Of a DNA stretch of 64,000 nucleotides, positions 1 to 13,171 are shown in pieces. Below the pieces are notes generated by a model, which had not been told where the DNA came from, did no database searches, and worked only from the letters and a program-made list of their open reading frames with translations. The position numbers were made by a program, and so were the translations under genes. This stretch comes from Octopus sinensis (taxonomy: Eukaryota), in the NCBI RefSeq assembly GCF_006345805.1, contig NC_042998.1, forward strand, positions 47,926,001 through 47,990,000. Reading direction: 5' to 3'. The stretch's first letter is position 1. The number at the start of each line of letters is the position of its first letter.

Positions 1-132
1 AATATGAAATAAAATTAAAAATATTGATACATCCTTGCAGTAACTGTAAAAATTAACCTTCATGAAATGAGCACCAACTTTAACATTCCAGCACAATCTG
101 AACACACACAGTACATGCATATGATATATATA

Positions 133-590
133 GGCGTGGCTGTGTGGTAGGAAGCTTACTTCTCAACCGTATGGATCTGGGTTCAGTGCAACAGCGCGGC
201 ACATTGAATAAGTGTCTTCTAATACAGCCCAGGGCCGACCAAAGCCTTGTGAATAGATTTCCTTTCGGGGTCGATAAATTAAGTACCAGTTGCGTACTAG
301 GGTTGATCTAATCGACTGACACCCTCCCCAAAAGTTTCAGGCCTTGTGCCTAGAGTAGAAAAGGAATGTACAAATGTATGTGTGTGTGTCTTTACATCAG
401 TTCGGCCCCCACTGTTTGACAATCGGTGACAGGGTGTTTACGTCCTCGTAACTAAGCAGTTCGGCAAAAAAGAGATCGATAGATTAAGTGCTAGACTTTA
501 AAAAAAATTAGTAATGGGGTCGATTCATTCAACCAAAATTTCAAGGCGGTGCCCCAGCAAGGCCGCAGTGTAATGACTGAAACAAGTAAA
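133..590 (+). mobile_element. SINE family A, rearranged copy with a family B segment inside
   Basis: tRNA-like head ggcgtggctgtgtggtag at 133; family B core and tail at ~262-365; (TG)n; family A 3' half ending aatgactgaaacaagtaaa. Confidence 0.8.
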
Positions 591-641
591 CGATAATATA
601 ATATGATACAATATAATGTAACACACACACAACACACACAC

Positions 642-676
<35 letters not shown>

Positions 677-866
677 TATTAGAGGGAAACCACTATGTGG
701 ACACCCTTATACTAGAAATAGATCCGCTATGATCTTACCACTAAGAAATGTTCTCGAGGAAAATTTAGCAAAACAACCAAAACGTAATCGAAATTTAAAC
801 GTAATAGTAATTTATATATACATATATATAAATAAATATATATATATATACACATACACACATAAC

Positions 867-920
867 TTAGTTGACGGTTATGAAATTTCAATGAAATAAA
901 GACACGACTGTTATCACTAA
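867..920 (+). ncRNA. Degenerate type I hammerhead-like motif
   Basis: Stem I ttagt/actaa, core TGACGG (C3 missing, A9 changed to G), imperfect stem II, GAAA 893-896, stem III ATAA/TTAT, AUC site; in a TA-flanked repeat. Confidence 0.3.
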
Positions 921-1391
921 ACATTAAAAATCTTACGAACACCTTTCTACGGACTCGTGATCAATCACAACGTTCAGTGTTGTTATTTATTATTAAATGT
1001 ACGTAGCATTCTCACACGCTGGAAAATAAAATGAAAAAGAGAGAAAGTGTGTATGTGAGAGGGAGAGGTAGAGATAATGTGTCCACGAGATTTTTTTTTT
1101 CCTTCCATTTAACATTCCAGTTAACAGTTTATTTATTATGCACACCCGCAAATAATACCCACCAAGTGAACAAAATAACGAATACGTTAAAAGATCCGCT
1201 GGAGTGCGAAGAGTTTGCTGGAAAAGCGGAAATATTAACTTTAAGCCAGTAATTGGGTAGCAACCCTCATGGGCAAGTGCCCTCTACTATACCTCTGTGC
1301 CGACTAAAGATTTGCGAGTAGATTAGGTAGACGGAAACTAAAAGAAGAGTGTCGCGCGCATGAGCATGTATATATATAGGTGTGTGTGTGT

Positions 1392-1642
1392 GTGGAGGCA
1401 CAATGGCCCAGTGGTTAGGGTAGCGGACTCGCGGTCGGAGGATCGCGGTTTCGATTCCCAGACCAGGCATTGTGTGTGTGTTTATTGAGCGAAGACATCT
1501 AAAAGCTTCACGAGGCTCCGGCAGGGGGGTGGGGGTGGCGACCCCTGTTATACTCTTTCGTCCCTCTTTCTGCGATGGACTGGCGTCCCACATACGCCAT
1601 AGAAACCGGGCCCATGAGCCTGGCTAGGCTTGAAAAGGGCAC

Positions 1643-1644
<2 letters not shown>
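1392..1644 (+). mobile_element. SINE family C
   Basis: gtggaggcacaatggcccagtggttagg head with A/B boxes; tail gagcctggctaggcttgaaaagggc; shared with copies at 3931, 4826, 38466, 63182. Confidence 0.85.
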
Positions 1645-1679
<35 letters not shown>

Positions 1680-1958
1680 AGGCGTGGCTGTGTGGTAAGA
1701 ATTAGGCTTCCCAATCACATGGTTCCGAGTTCAGTCGCTGATGAAACAAGTAAGGGAATATGTGCGTGTTACAACCAATTGATAACCGGTGTTGGTGTGT
1801 TTGCGTCCAATTAACTTAGCGGTTCACCAAAAACACACCGATAAAAAGAAGTGCCAGGCTTAGAGAAATACTAGGGTCGATTTACTTGACTAGAGCCTTC
1901 TAGTGACTAAGACAGACACACACACACACACTATATATATATATATATATATATATTT

Positions 1959-2080
1959 ATTTATTATATAGAAGGAGCTTCTACAGGACTAGAACTGTTT
2001 CATTCAAAAGAAATCATCAGGAAGCTAGCTTTTGAATGAAACAGTTCTAGTCCTGTAGAAGCTCCTTCTATATAATAAAT
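1959..2080. repeat. Perfect 52-bp inverted repeat (fold-back end of a TA-embedded element running to ~2135)
   Basis: 1959-2010 is the exact reverse complement of 2029-2080; 18-nt loop aaatcatcaggaagctag. Confidence 0.95.
1976..2026 (-). ncRNA. Type I hammerhead ribozyme, near canonical
   Basis: Minus strand AGCTTC-CTGATGA-tTTCttttGAAt-GAA-ACAGttctagtcCTGT-A-GAAGCT: 6-bp stem I, intact core, 3-bp stem II with U.U closure, 4-bp stem III, GUA site. Confidence 0.7.
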
Positions 2081-2670
2081 TAATTTACTCTGCTATGTAT
2101 TGAGTACCTTATTTACTGTGGTTAACCCCGACTCAACCCGGGACCTACATATATATATATATATATTTATACGCGCATATATATATATACATACATACAT
2201 ACATACATACTATATACATATATGCGTGTGTTTGTGTGTATACACACATACATGTGTATACAAGCACACACGCACATGTGTGTGTGTGTGCACGCACGTG
2301 CGTGCGTATAGACGTAGATGAGCTGAGTCATGAGTGTACTACTGCACAATCAGGCGTTGGCTGTGTCCTGCCAATCTGCTCAGCATTCGGTTTGTGGTTA
2401 ATGGCACTTCAATTATAAATAGTACAATTGCTAATGAGCGGGGAAATATGTATGCAGTCGCTCATCTTGCTTACCACGAATCACCGCATCGTGTTCACAC
2501 CCGTTATATCGACTTCATGACAACAGTAACTAAGATTTATATGAGACTTTCGTGACTTACAGGGAGAGAAATTTGGGGGACACGAGAAAACTAAAATAGT
2601 TACATTCTGGAATCGAAACATGTTCGCTTTTTCCAGTTGTCGTTGAAAAAAAAAAAAAAAAAAAAAGAGA

Positions 2671-3090
2671 GGCGCACGAGTGGCTGTGTGGTAAGTAGCT
2701 TGCTTACCAGCCACATGGTTCTGGGTTCAGTCCCACTGCGTGGCACCTTGGGCAAGTGTCTTCTGCTATAGCCCCGGGCCGACCAAAGCCTTGTTAGTGG
2801 ATTTGGTAGACGGAAACTGAAAGAAGCCTGTCGTATATATATATATATATATATATGTGTGCGTGTGTGTGTTTGTGTGTGTGTGTTTGTGTTTGTCTCC
2901 CCCAACATCGCTTGACAACCGATGCTGGTGTGTTTATGTCCCCGTTACTTAGAGGTTCGGCAAAAGAGACCGATAGAATAAGTACTGGGCTTACAAAAGA
3001 ATAAGTCCCGGGGTCGAGTTGCTCGATTAAAGGCGGTGCTCCAGCATGGCCGCAGTCAAATGACTGATACAAGTAAAAGAGTAAAAAAGA
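2671..3090 (+). mobile_element. SINE family A, full length with internal (TA)n(TG)n
   Basis: Head ggcgcacgagtggctgtgtggtaagtagc, CORE-like ggcaccttgggcaagtgtc, microsatellite, tail gtcaaatgactgatacaagtaaaagag. Confidence 0.9.
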
Positions 3091-3289
3091 GAGAGAGAAA
3101 GAATGAAAGAAAGTTAGGTACACACGTGCATGTGATATTTTTTTCAACGAACGAACGAACGAAATAAAGAACAGTTATGCAAACACATGAATATATTTTT
3201 TTTTTCTTTCGTTATTCTGACTTACTGATTTGGAAATAGGAATAGGGCTCATAGTCATGGAATTTACTGTACTTTACACTTGTAACAAT

Positions 3290-3480
3290 CCTTTCTACTA
3301 AAGGCACAAGGGCAAAAATTTTGGGGGAGGGGACTACTCGTTTACATCGACATCGACCCCGACCCCAATGTTTCACTGGTACTTACTTTATCGATCCCGA
3401 AAGGATAAAAGCTAAATTCGACCTCGGTGGAATTCGAACTCAGATCGTGCAGACGGACGAAAAGCGGCACTTTATACTGT
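3290..3480 (-). mobile_element. SINE family B (tail type B), 5' truncated
   Basis: ggcacaagggcaaaaatttt...tatcgatcccgaaaggataaaag...cggtggaattcgaactcag matches the family B reverse complement. Confidence 0.8.
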
Positions 3481-3930
3481 AATAACTTTTGATATACACA
3501 AACGGCTACAATTTGTAGGGGAGACAAATGGCGATTAGTACCAGTCTAGCACTGGCTATTGACATAACCAACTCTTAAGTAGCCCGGAAAGACGGCGGGG
3601 AAGGAAGTAAAAGGTAAAGTAGACCCTGGTGATTTACTTTGTGTTTCCATGCATGTAAATATTTGCTCCTAATTAAGACAAAAAGCCAGAAGTTTTGAGT
3701 AAGAGGGCTTAGCGAATTACATCAAACACTGTACTTGAGTGGCACTTTATTTTAAATGGCCCCGATGGAAAGAAAGGCCATACCGAAATCACCCGGGTTT
3801 GATCTCACAACGTAAAGAGTCGAAAGAAATATAGCAAAGCGCTTATTTCGACACTTCAATGAGATTCTGCCAGCTCATCACCGTTTCATTTATTATTATC
3901 ATTTTTTAAAATATCTTATTAGTCATTCTA

Positions 3931-4196
3931 GTGGAGGCGCGTGGCTTAGTGGTTAGGGTGTCAGGATCATGATCGTAAGATTGTCGTTTCGATTCCTGGA
4001 CCGGGCGACGCGTTGTGTTCTTGAGCAAAACACTTCATTTCACGTTGCTTCAGTTCACTCAGCTGGCAAAAATGAGTAACGCTGCGATGGACTGGCGTCC
4101 CGTCCAGCTGGGGAACACATACGCCATTGAAACAGGGAAACCGGGCCTATGAGCCTGGCTAGGCTTTAAAAGGGCGCATTTATCTATTTATTTTAT
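3931..4196 (+). mobile_element. SINE family C with 14-bp TSD
   Basis: TSD tattagtcattcta at 3917-3930 and 4196-4209; A box tggcttagtgg, B box gtttcgattcc. Confidence 0.9.
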
Positions 4197-4825
4197 ATTA
4201 GTCATTCTATCTGACTCTTTCGTTGAACCTCAATTAAGAGGATGTAAACAAACTACCATTGATTGTTAACAGATAAAGCGCGACGGGCCACGAGCGTGGC
4301 CCAGATAGATGCATTTAATTTATGGGCGTTTGTTGGGGTCTAATCTCACTCGAAAGCGCCGAATACCGCCCCCCCCTCAGAATGCAAGAAGGCTAATAGT
4401 TCAACTAATGACTTTTCAGATGATGTAAAACTTGCCACCATTATATTCTAAGAAGATATTTGATCTTTTTTTTTTCATGTGTGCATAGCAGCTCATGCTT
4501 TGTAAGTGTAAAATCCCAGCGCTTTATGGGTTAAAAGGACTAAGTAGTCACACACACACACAGGCATGCGACAGGCGTCCACAAAGTTTCTGTCCATCAT
4601 ATTCATTCACAGGCCATTGGTCGGCTTGAAGCTATAGTAGAAAACGCAAACCCAAGGTGCCACGTAGAGGGACTGAACCCGAAACCCTGAGGTTACAAAG
4701 GGATGTACTTAACTACATAGCCACGTATGTAATAATAACGGCTTCTATTTTCGGCACAAGCCTGTAATTATTGAGAGGGAGAGATTAGTAGACTCCACCG
4801 ACTCCAATACTTGACCAACGATAAC

Positions 4826-5133
4826 CGTCGCCCTTTTCAAGCCTAGCCAGGCTCACGGGCCCAGTTTCCCGGTTTCTGTGGCGTATGTGTTCACCCCAGC
4901 TGAACGGGACGCCAGTCCATCGCAGCGTTACTCAAGAAACAGGAAGAGAGAGTGAGAGAAATTTGTGGCGAAAGATTACAACAAGGGTCACCACCACCCC
5001 CTGCTGGAGCCTCGGGTATAGCTTTTATGTGTTTTCGCTCAATAAACACACACAACACCCGGTCTGGGAATCGAAACCGCGATCTTCCGACCGCGAGTCC
5101 GCTGCCTTAACCACTGGGCCATTGTGCCTCCAC
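4826..5133 (-). mobile_element. SINE family C nested in a family B copy, 12-bp TSD
   Basis: TSD ccaatacttgac at 4804-4815 and 5134-5145; host family B resumes at 5134-5220. Confidence 0.9.
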
Positions 5134-5489
5134 CCAATACTTGACTAGTACTTCATTTTATTAACCATGAAGGGACGAAAATCAGAGTTGGCCTCGGCAG
5201 GATTTGAACTCCGAACAAAATGCCACAAATGCTTATCTTTTCTTCCACGACAGAAATGATTCTATTACTCTACTCTCTGCTTATATATTATGTATAATTG
5301 CGTGTTACGGTCATCTCTACAATCTGTAGAGATGACCTTTAAACGGGGTTAAAGTGCAATGTTAACACAGTAGTACACGGTATTGACTCTAATATACGTT
5401 TAATATACTTTGTAGCATCCTATGGTTGCATAACAAAATACCGTGTACCTACAATCATCAATATGTATAACTGATTTCAATTTTGGTTC

Positions 5490-6290
5490 AAAGCCAGCAA
5501 GTTCCGAAGAAAGAGTACCAGTAGTCGACTGGTACTTATTTTATCGACTCCGAAAGGATGAAAGGCAAAGTTGACCTCGGCAGAATTTGAACTCAGAATG
5601 TAAAGACGGACGAAATACCGCTAAGCAGTTTCCCCACAACGTGCTAACGATTCTGCCAGCTCGCTACCTTTATATTATAATCAAAAACGTTTTCATTTTT
5701 CTCTTGAAAAGGTCAAGGTGCTGAGCTTACAGATTCGTTACCGCGTCAGACAAAGTGCTTATGGGCATTTCTTCCGGTTTTATGTTCCGAGTTCAAATTC
5801 TGTCAATGTCGACTTTACCTTTTATCGAGGTCATTGAAATAAATACCAGTTAAGCACTGGAATTGATGTAATCGACTAGTCCCCTCTTCCAAAATATCAG
5901 ACTTTGTGCCTATAGCAGAAAGAATTATTATTATTATTGTTGTTATTAAGGCGGTGAGCTGGCAGAATCTTTTGCGCGCTGGACGAAATGCTTAGCGGCA
6001 TTTCGTCTGTCGCTACTTTCTGAGTTCAAATTCTGCCGAAGTCGACTTGTCCTTTCGGAGTCGATAAAATAAGCACCAGTTGAACAATAAGATCGATGCA
6101 ATTGCAGCCCTTGTGGCAAAACTTGAAACCATTATTATAATTATTATTGTTGTTATTCAAATTTCGCTGAGATTGACTTTGCCCTTCATCCACTTGGGAT
6201 CGATGAAATAAGTGCCAGTTGAGCACTGGGTCGACATAATCGACAAGACACCATTCTGCCGAATTTCAGGCTTTGTGCTTATGATAGCAG
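5490..6290. mobile_element. Cluster of four SINE family B copies (one minus, three plus)
   Basis: Repeated aaggcggtgagctggcagaatc / gtcgataaaataagtaccagt modules separated by (att)n tails. Confidence 0.8.
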
Positions 6291-6865
6291 AAGGGAAAAT
6301 ATATTACATTATCTCCTTCAGATAAATTGAAAGAGTGAACGCACGCGCACGCCCGAGCATCTATGTTAAATAAACAAGTGTTTAGTACAGCAGACGTAAC
6401 AGACGTACAGCAAGTAAAATTATACGAGACTCATACTTCAGCATTCACCTCATTCATATTCTGAAATTCGAAATCTGTGTGTGTGAGGTGTAGATCACAA
6501 CAATAGATACCGTTTGGCAACGGAATGTCTAAGTGGTAGGGGTTTTATTAATAGAAGTTTGCACTACTAACAGCGATGTGCGAGCATGTTTGTGTGTGTA
6601 ATTCCTATGTATGTGCTAACGTGTCTGTACAGGAATATTTTGCGAGTTTCTGCTTTATGGGTTTGCTTAGATTCAGTTCAACCCTGATCAAGCTGTGAAC
6701 TACATACTATCTAAGGCGTTCAGTCATGACCACCACTGGAGACGAATTAAATACGAATGAGGAAAGTTAGCAAGCTAAGATGTCTGGGTTGGTGTAAATA
6801 TTTGACGCATTGCCAGACCAGAGTAAGATTCCATGCAAAAATACCCTGAGACGCAATCCAGTTTG

Positions 6866-6895
6866 CTGATGAGGTCATTAGAGATCGAAACAAGC
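6866..6895 (+). ncRNA. Hammerhead-like core half, degenerate
   Basis: CTGATGA-GGTC attaga GATC-GAAAC: intact core and 4-bp stem II, but no clean NUH or stem I downstream. Confidence 0.35.
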
Positions 6896-7320
6896 GCGGA
6901 ATTGACTCCCTTACATGCCGATGTAATTATAATGGCATTTAATATTAGTCTTTCACTAATGTTGTTTTTCCTAACATTATAATCATATCTAATTAGCTTC
7001 TAACAACTTCCTGCATTGAATATATCTTACTGCTAATTTGGTTATTTATATATATAAAATAGCTGTGTAATTTCTACTGCACATATAACAGATCCTTATA
7101 AAGGTTAAACCTACGAGTTCATGAGTTTTCATACATTCACTCAAGTGGAAGTTACAAGAGAGAGAGAGAGGGGGGAGAGATAGAGAGAGAAAACGAGAGA
7201 AGGTAAGAGAGAGGGTGCCTTGAGAGAGTAAGAGTGGTTGTCCAGCAAACTGGGACACAATATTTGTTCTGAATTCCATTGCCTTATCTACATTCCATAT
7301 ATTTCCTTATTTTATATATT

Positions 7321-7683
7321 TTACTTACTTCAGTCATTGGACTGCGACCATGCTGAGGCACCGCCTTAAAAGGTTTTAGTCGAACCAATCGACTCCCAGT
7401 ACTTTCAAAGCCTGGTACATGCTCTGTCGGATCTTTTTGCTGGTCCGCTTAGTAAACAGACCAACAGCGGTTGTCAAACGGCGGTTAGGACAAATGCAAC
7501 ACACACACATGCATTTATATACGATGGTCTTCTTTCAGTTTCCGCCTACCTACCAGATAGCCTTAAAAGTCTTTGGTCGGCTCAGGGCTAGAGTAGAAGA
7601 CATCCATGGTGCCGCGATGTGGGATTGAACCCAAGACCACATGTTTGGGAAACAAGCTTCTCAACGACAGAGCCACGCCTACG
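7321..7683 (-). mobile_element. SINE family A, diverged
   Basis: Reverse-complement tail ttacttcagtcattggactgcg through head agccacgcctac. Confidence 0.8.
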
Positions 7684-8299
7684 CTTGATATATTTAAAAT
7701 GTCACTAGCTAATCCATTCCTAATCATCAGATTCTCATAGACGTGGATTTAATATTTGGTGATGTCGAACCAAAGAGAGAGCTTTTATTTAGTCGTTTGA
7801 CCTGCTAGAAGAGCTGAACGGACGAAGCACATGTTGGACAATGTGCTCCGAGTTATACTATATCTGCGATAATTGTGGGAATAGTTATTGCTAAAACGTC
7901 CTTTTTGTTTTTTAATGATCTGATCGGTCACGTCTGACCTGGGGCTACATAAGAATCTAGAATAACAGCCATGATTTTGTGATGTCCCATCTTAATTGTA
8001 ATGTCATTTTACGCCACCTTATCCCTTCGCATTTAATCAATTATGTTCTAAATCAGTTTGCATTAACTAGTTCTCCACACTTGATACTTCTTTAACATAA
8101 ATAACAAAGCTCAATCAGTTTGCGTGTCTAATGAAACCAGGTTTCATTTTTAAAACACTCTAGTGGTACACTAAATGAAGGTCACCCCCGCTGCAAATAA
8201 CGATTGCGCTCGTACCTACACACACGAATAAGGTTTTTGTTTACCTTAAACTTTTCAGCATATGCTCTCCAATTTCTTAACTTTTTGTCTCTAATAATA

Positions 8300-9070
8300 A
8301 TTTCTACAAGGCCTGAAATTTTGGTGAAGAGTAGTCGACCGGTACTTATTGATCCCGAAAGGATAAAAGTCGAGTTTGGTGGCATATGGACTCAGAACGT
8401 AAAACCGAATAAATGTCGCAAAGTATTTTGTCCGACGAGCTAACGATTCCACCAGCTTGCCACCTCAGGATGGGTAAGTCAATACCATCGACCCTATTTC
8501 TTAATTGGTTCTTTATTCCATCGTCTCCAGACGAAAAACACAGAAGTCAAAGTTTAAGTTCGGCAGGATTTGAACTCAAAACGTGGCGAGCCGGAACAAA
8601 TATCGCAAAGCATATTTTCCATCAGCTCGTCGTCCTTTTCTTGTTTTATGAATTGCTTCTACTTTACGTAGAAATCCTGAAATTTTGGGACGAGGGGACT
8701 AGTCGACTACATCGACGCCAGTGTTCAACTGGTACTTATTTCATCAAGCCCGAAAAGATGGCAGCCAAAGTAGATCTCGGCGGAATTTGAACGGAGGAGG
8801 TAAAAAACCGGAAGACAGCGTAAATAATCTTCCTCGGTTGTCTAACAATTCACCTCTTGTTTCCAACAATTATTCTTTCTAATTTCCGGCACAAAAACAG
8901 CAATCTAGGGGAAGGACGTTAGCTGATTACATCTATCTTAGTACCTGAATACTACTTTATTTTATTAACTCTAAAGAGGAATGATCGGTAAGACTCACTT
9001 CGACGGAATTTGAACTCGGGAGTAAATGAGCCGGGAGAAACACTGCAAAGCATTTTCTCTGCGGCTCTAA
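8300..9070 (-). mobile_element. Tandem run of four degenerate SINE family B copies
   Basis: Four successive ggcacaagg/aggcctgaaatttt...ggaatttgaactc units, same orientation. Confidence 0.75.
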
Positions 9071-9464
9071 AATTCTGCCTCTTGTTTTTAACAATAATAA
9101 CAAAATAAGAGAGAACACTCAGATCTCTTCTATATATTTATCTTTCCTCTAATAGAAATAGTAAAATTTAACATTTCGGAGAAAACTTAGATGATATCCA
9201 AACAGAAAAATACTTAACTCTTCCAAAGGAATTCTCATCGTACTGAAAAGAGAATCCCTACGAAGCCGTTCTACTTGAGAGAAGTAACAACCATTTATCC
9301 CTTCAGTCACTATATCATCACGTATCGGATATAGAATTGCTGGTCACTGTAGGAACCATCGTTTAGGACATACTTTATCAAGAAGACCAATGATCATATG
9401 ATCGCTGGTCTTGCCGATGAATGATGTCATAAGACAAACAAAATAAAGATGATAATAACGGTGC

Positions 9465-10130
9465 CACATTTTAGCACAAGGCCAGCAATCTCGGGAGACG
9501 GAGTAAGTCGATCCCTGTGCTTAACTGGTACTTATCGGACCCGAAAGAATGAAAGGCAAAGTCAAAAGCAATGTCGATCTCAGTGGCATTTGAGGTCACC
9601 CTTTCGGGGTCAAAATAAGTATCAGTAGCATTGGGGTCGATGTAATCGTCTACGCTCTTCCCAAAAAATTCCCAGCCAATTGCCTAAAGCAGAAATAAAA
9701 AAAAACAACAAATAAAAATAAACCTTTGAAAATTAAAAAAATTTTTTTTTTTAATCCCAGAAATTCCCAGTGGAGTATTTTATGTTTCATCATTTCATAA
9801 CTTTAGTATAGTCTCTGATACCACTAGTTTTAACTGGCGAGATTGTATTGCCCGTAGACATCGCAAAGCTGTTTGATTATGGTGTACAGTGTAAGGGTGG
9901 TATATATTTCTAAATATCTTAAGGTGGTGAGCTGGCAGAATCGTTAGCACGCCGGGCAAAATGTTTAGCGGCATTTCGTCCGTCTTTGCATTCCGAGTTC
10001 AAATTTCACAGAGACGTCTTTGCCTTTCCATCTTTCGAGGTCGATAAAATAAGTACCAGTCGAGCACTGGGGTCGATGTATTTGATTTATCCCTCCCTCG
10101 AAATTACTGGATTTGTGCCAGAACTTTCTT
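9465..10130. mobile_element. SINE family B fragments plus one full plus-strand copy (9922-10130)
   Basis: aaggtggtgagctggcagaatcgttagcacgccgggc head at 9922; gtcgataaaataagtaccag core. Confidence 0.8.
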
Positions 10131-10687
10131 TTAAGTGATATTTCAATACGTTTTTTTTGATACTCCGTGTATGAATCTTGTCTTGGTCAACCTCGCCTTT
10201 TATCTTTCCAGGCTGATAATGTATGCACGCGTGAAATACCGATGATGGTTCGATACAAAGAACTATGCCACCACCTCCATATATTTGGGGTACTGAGTAT
10301 ATCTTAGAAATCATCTGGTTTCAAATATCTCTAACCAAGCTTTTACATCTCGTATCGAACTAAGAGTACGACAAGTCTATTAAAGTATATCTGGCTGATA
10401 TATCAATGGTTTGTATTCCGTTACTGGAACTACGTTTTGTCAATAATATTCAAGGCAATTAATGGCGATCTTTCGAAATAGGCACATAAAATGACCTATT
10501 GCAAAGTGAGTGAAAGTGAATGATAGTCTCTTCTCAACTAACAAAAATTTATTCTTACATGGCGTCATTTTCACAAACACATCTTCATACCATTCAAAGA
10601 ATACTTTAAGGATTAGTATCATTTGGTCTCACTTAAGGAATTTTAATAGTAACAAAATCTAAAAATAACCATCATTAATAAACAATA

Positions 10688-10860
10688 GGCGCAGGAGTGG
10701 CTGTATGGTAAGTAGCTTGCTTACCAACCATATGGTTCCGGGTTCATTCCCACTGCGTGGCACCTTGCGCAAAGTGTCTTCTACTATAGGCTCGGGCCGA
10801 CCAAAGCCTTGTGAGTGGATTTGGTAAACGGAAACTGAAAGAAGCCCGTCGTATGTATGT

Positions 10861-10896
<36 letters not shown>

Positions 10897-11102
10897 ATAT
10901 GTTTGTGTGTCTGTGTGTCCCCCCAACATCGCTTGACAACCGATGCTGGTGTGTTTACGTCCCCGTAACTTAGCGGTTCGGTAAAAAGAGACCAATAGAA
11001 TAAGTACTAGGCTTCCAAAGAATAAGTCCTGGGGTCGATTTGCTCGACTAAAAGGCGGTGCTCCAGCATGGCCACAGTCAAATGACTGAAACAAGTAAAA
11101 GA
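10688..11102 (+). mobile_element. SINE family A, full length
   Basis: Near-consensus head, internal (TA)n(TG)n and tail. Confidence 0.92.
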
Positions 11103-12070
11103 CTATTATACATTATTATATAATTATTTTCTTTCAACTTCTGGATTTTTACACTTAGAATTATTGAGATTTTAGAGATGTAGGTAAATTAAGTACTGTT
11201 CGCCTATCATGTTCTAAACGATTACCATTTTCTTTCAAAAGCCCTCTTTCGCTAAAGAGTAGATCCAATTTATGTGCCTACACCGAAAGATCACATGTGA
11301 TATTTGTAAACAAGTGTCATCATGCAAACAACGTCCTTTGTTTCCAATCTTCCGCGAAAACATATTGTCAGGGGAAAATAGTACATCACTTAGAAACAGG
11401 TAAGGGTTGACGACGTGAGAGCACCCAGCTAAGGAAAGAAATCCGCTTTAACAAATTTCGTCCTCTGACGCATGTGAGCATTGAAAAGTGGGCATTAAAA
11501 TGATTGACAAAAATAAAACATTTTAATAGTAAGATATAATATTTAAACAAATTTTTAGTCACTAATGAAACAACACATCAATAAAGGATATTTAGTAAAG
11601 GATGAAAGATATTTAGAAAATATTCTTACTTGATTGTTTGATCCATATATCCGTGTAGGTAAAGTTAATTCCACTTTCCTGAAATTGCTGCGCTCCGTAT
11701 TCGATATATAGTACGTGTTCATATTCTCCAACCCGTTATTATTTATAAGTTAACCTGCAGAGAGCGGCACTTATGGTCGAGTCCCACCCTTTCAATTATA
11801 GACTTATTAATTTTATTATTATTATTATTATTTGCAGAGTTATATAGTATTGATCTATCACTTCGAAACATAAAATGTTTTCTCGTTGTTATATAAATAA
11901 CATTATGAATTTTAAAAAATTATATTTTCTATTTGTGTTTAATGTAATTTGTCCTATTGGTTATTTCGTTTCCTTGTAAGTACAAGGAAACCATCACATT
12001 TTTATAATGATAATCATGATATTATAATATAATAATGTTTGTTATAAAGAATAAATATGGCATACCTACA

Positions 12071-12645
12071 TACAAATGCGCACACCACTCGATTTTCTTT
12101 CCTCATAATTTCCAGAAAAATGGATAATTTTTAATGAAAATTTCTTCAGATACCTTTCAGGTTATGTATATTCCGATTATATCAGAATTTATTGTGAAGC
12201 GTTTTTTCGGATACAGAAGAGGAGTTTCGGATAATTCACACGAGTCGATATCATTTTCCTCATAAAATTCAGAAAATGGGTTTTTTTTTTTTAATGACAT
12301 TTTTCTATCAATACCACTCAGATGAAGTGGATAACGATTATATTGGAATTTAATGAGGTAAAAGAAAAAAAAAAGGTTAGCATGCACACACACATACTGT
12401 TATACAATACGTAATTTTTTTTTATATTTCAAGTTTCATTTTCTTGATAAATTGTACGTGATGTGTATCAGAATGTATATGTGCGCGCCTGTCAATTTTT
12501 TTTCCTTTTTCTTCTTCAAGACTAATTCCGATATAAACATAATCTACATCATCCGAAAGGCATTTGTAAGAAAATTCATTGAAAAAAATACTTATTTTTC
12601 TGAAAGTTATGAGGAAACAAAATCCAGGTGGGCCACACACTTCTA
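12071..12645. mobile_element. Long-TIR fold-back MITE, same family as 19066-19800
   Basis: ttcctcataatttccagaaaaatgg (left) versus tttttctgaaagttatgaggaaacaaaatcc (right); ends approximate. Confidence 0.6.
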
Positions 12646-13171
12646 AAGGTGCCTAATAATGTTTGTTGTAAAGAATAAACAATATGCGATGCCAACAGAA
12701 AGGAACCCAACCCAACACATAAACCAACCGGAAGTGGGAGGATGCTAGCTAGAGAGAAAGATAGATAATAGAGATGATGATGATGGAAATAGATATATAC
12801 TGATAAAGCGAAGGAAAGAAGCATAAGGAGAGGGGTCGGGACAGGGATAACGGAAACGACAGAATAATTGTTTGAGGTAAGAATATGAATAACAAGGGAA
12901 GAAATGCAGGGTTAATGGCAGTTTATATCATATTCTAGCTTAATTTATCACAAATAGCTCAATGTTTATGGTAATAAGATTATCGCTGTTTACTCTTGAT
13001 TCGAACCGACGATCTTATTGTTCATATTCTTTTGTTTTTTTTTTGGGTGATCACCAGGTCAACCGTAATCTATTTGATGTATTATCAATAGCGTTCGAGA
13101 CATGACCAACACGTCACCTTTTCCAGTTTTCCTTTTTTTTTTTTCATTATGTATTTAAAACTAAAATATCC

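Noticed and set aside
4285-4302. GC hairpin gggccac-gagc-gtggccc as a Helitron end
   Set aside because: No CTRR terminus at the right distance on either strand.
10330-10630. Coding-like minus-strand stretch (FFEWYEDVFVK...)
   Set aside because: Interrupted by stops, no splice sites or domain recognised; possibly an old transposon fragment.
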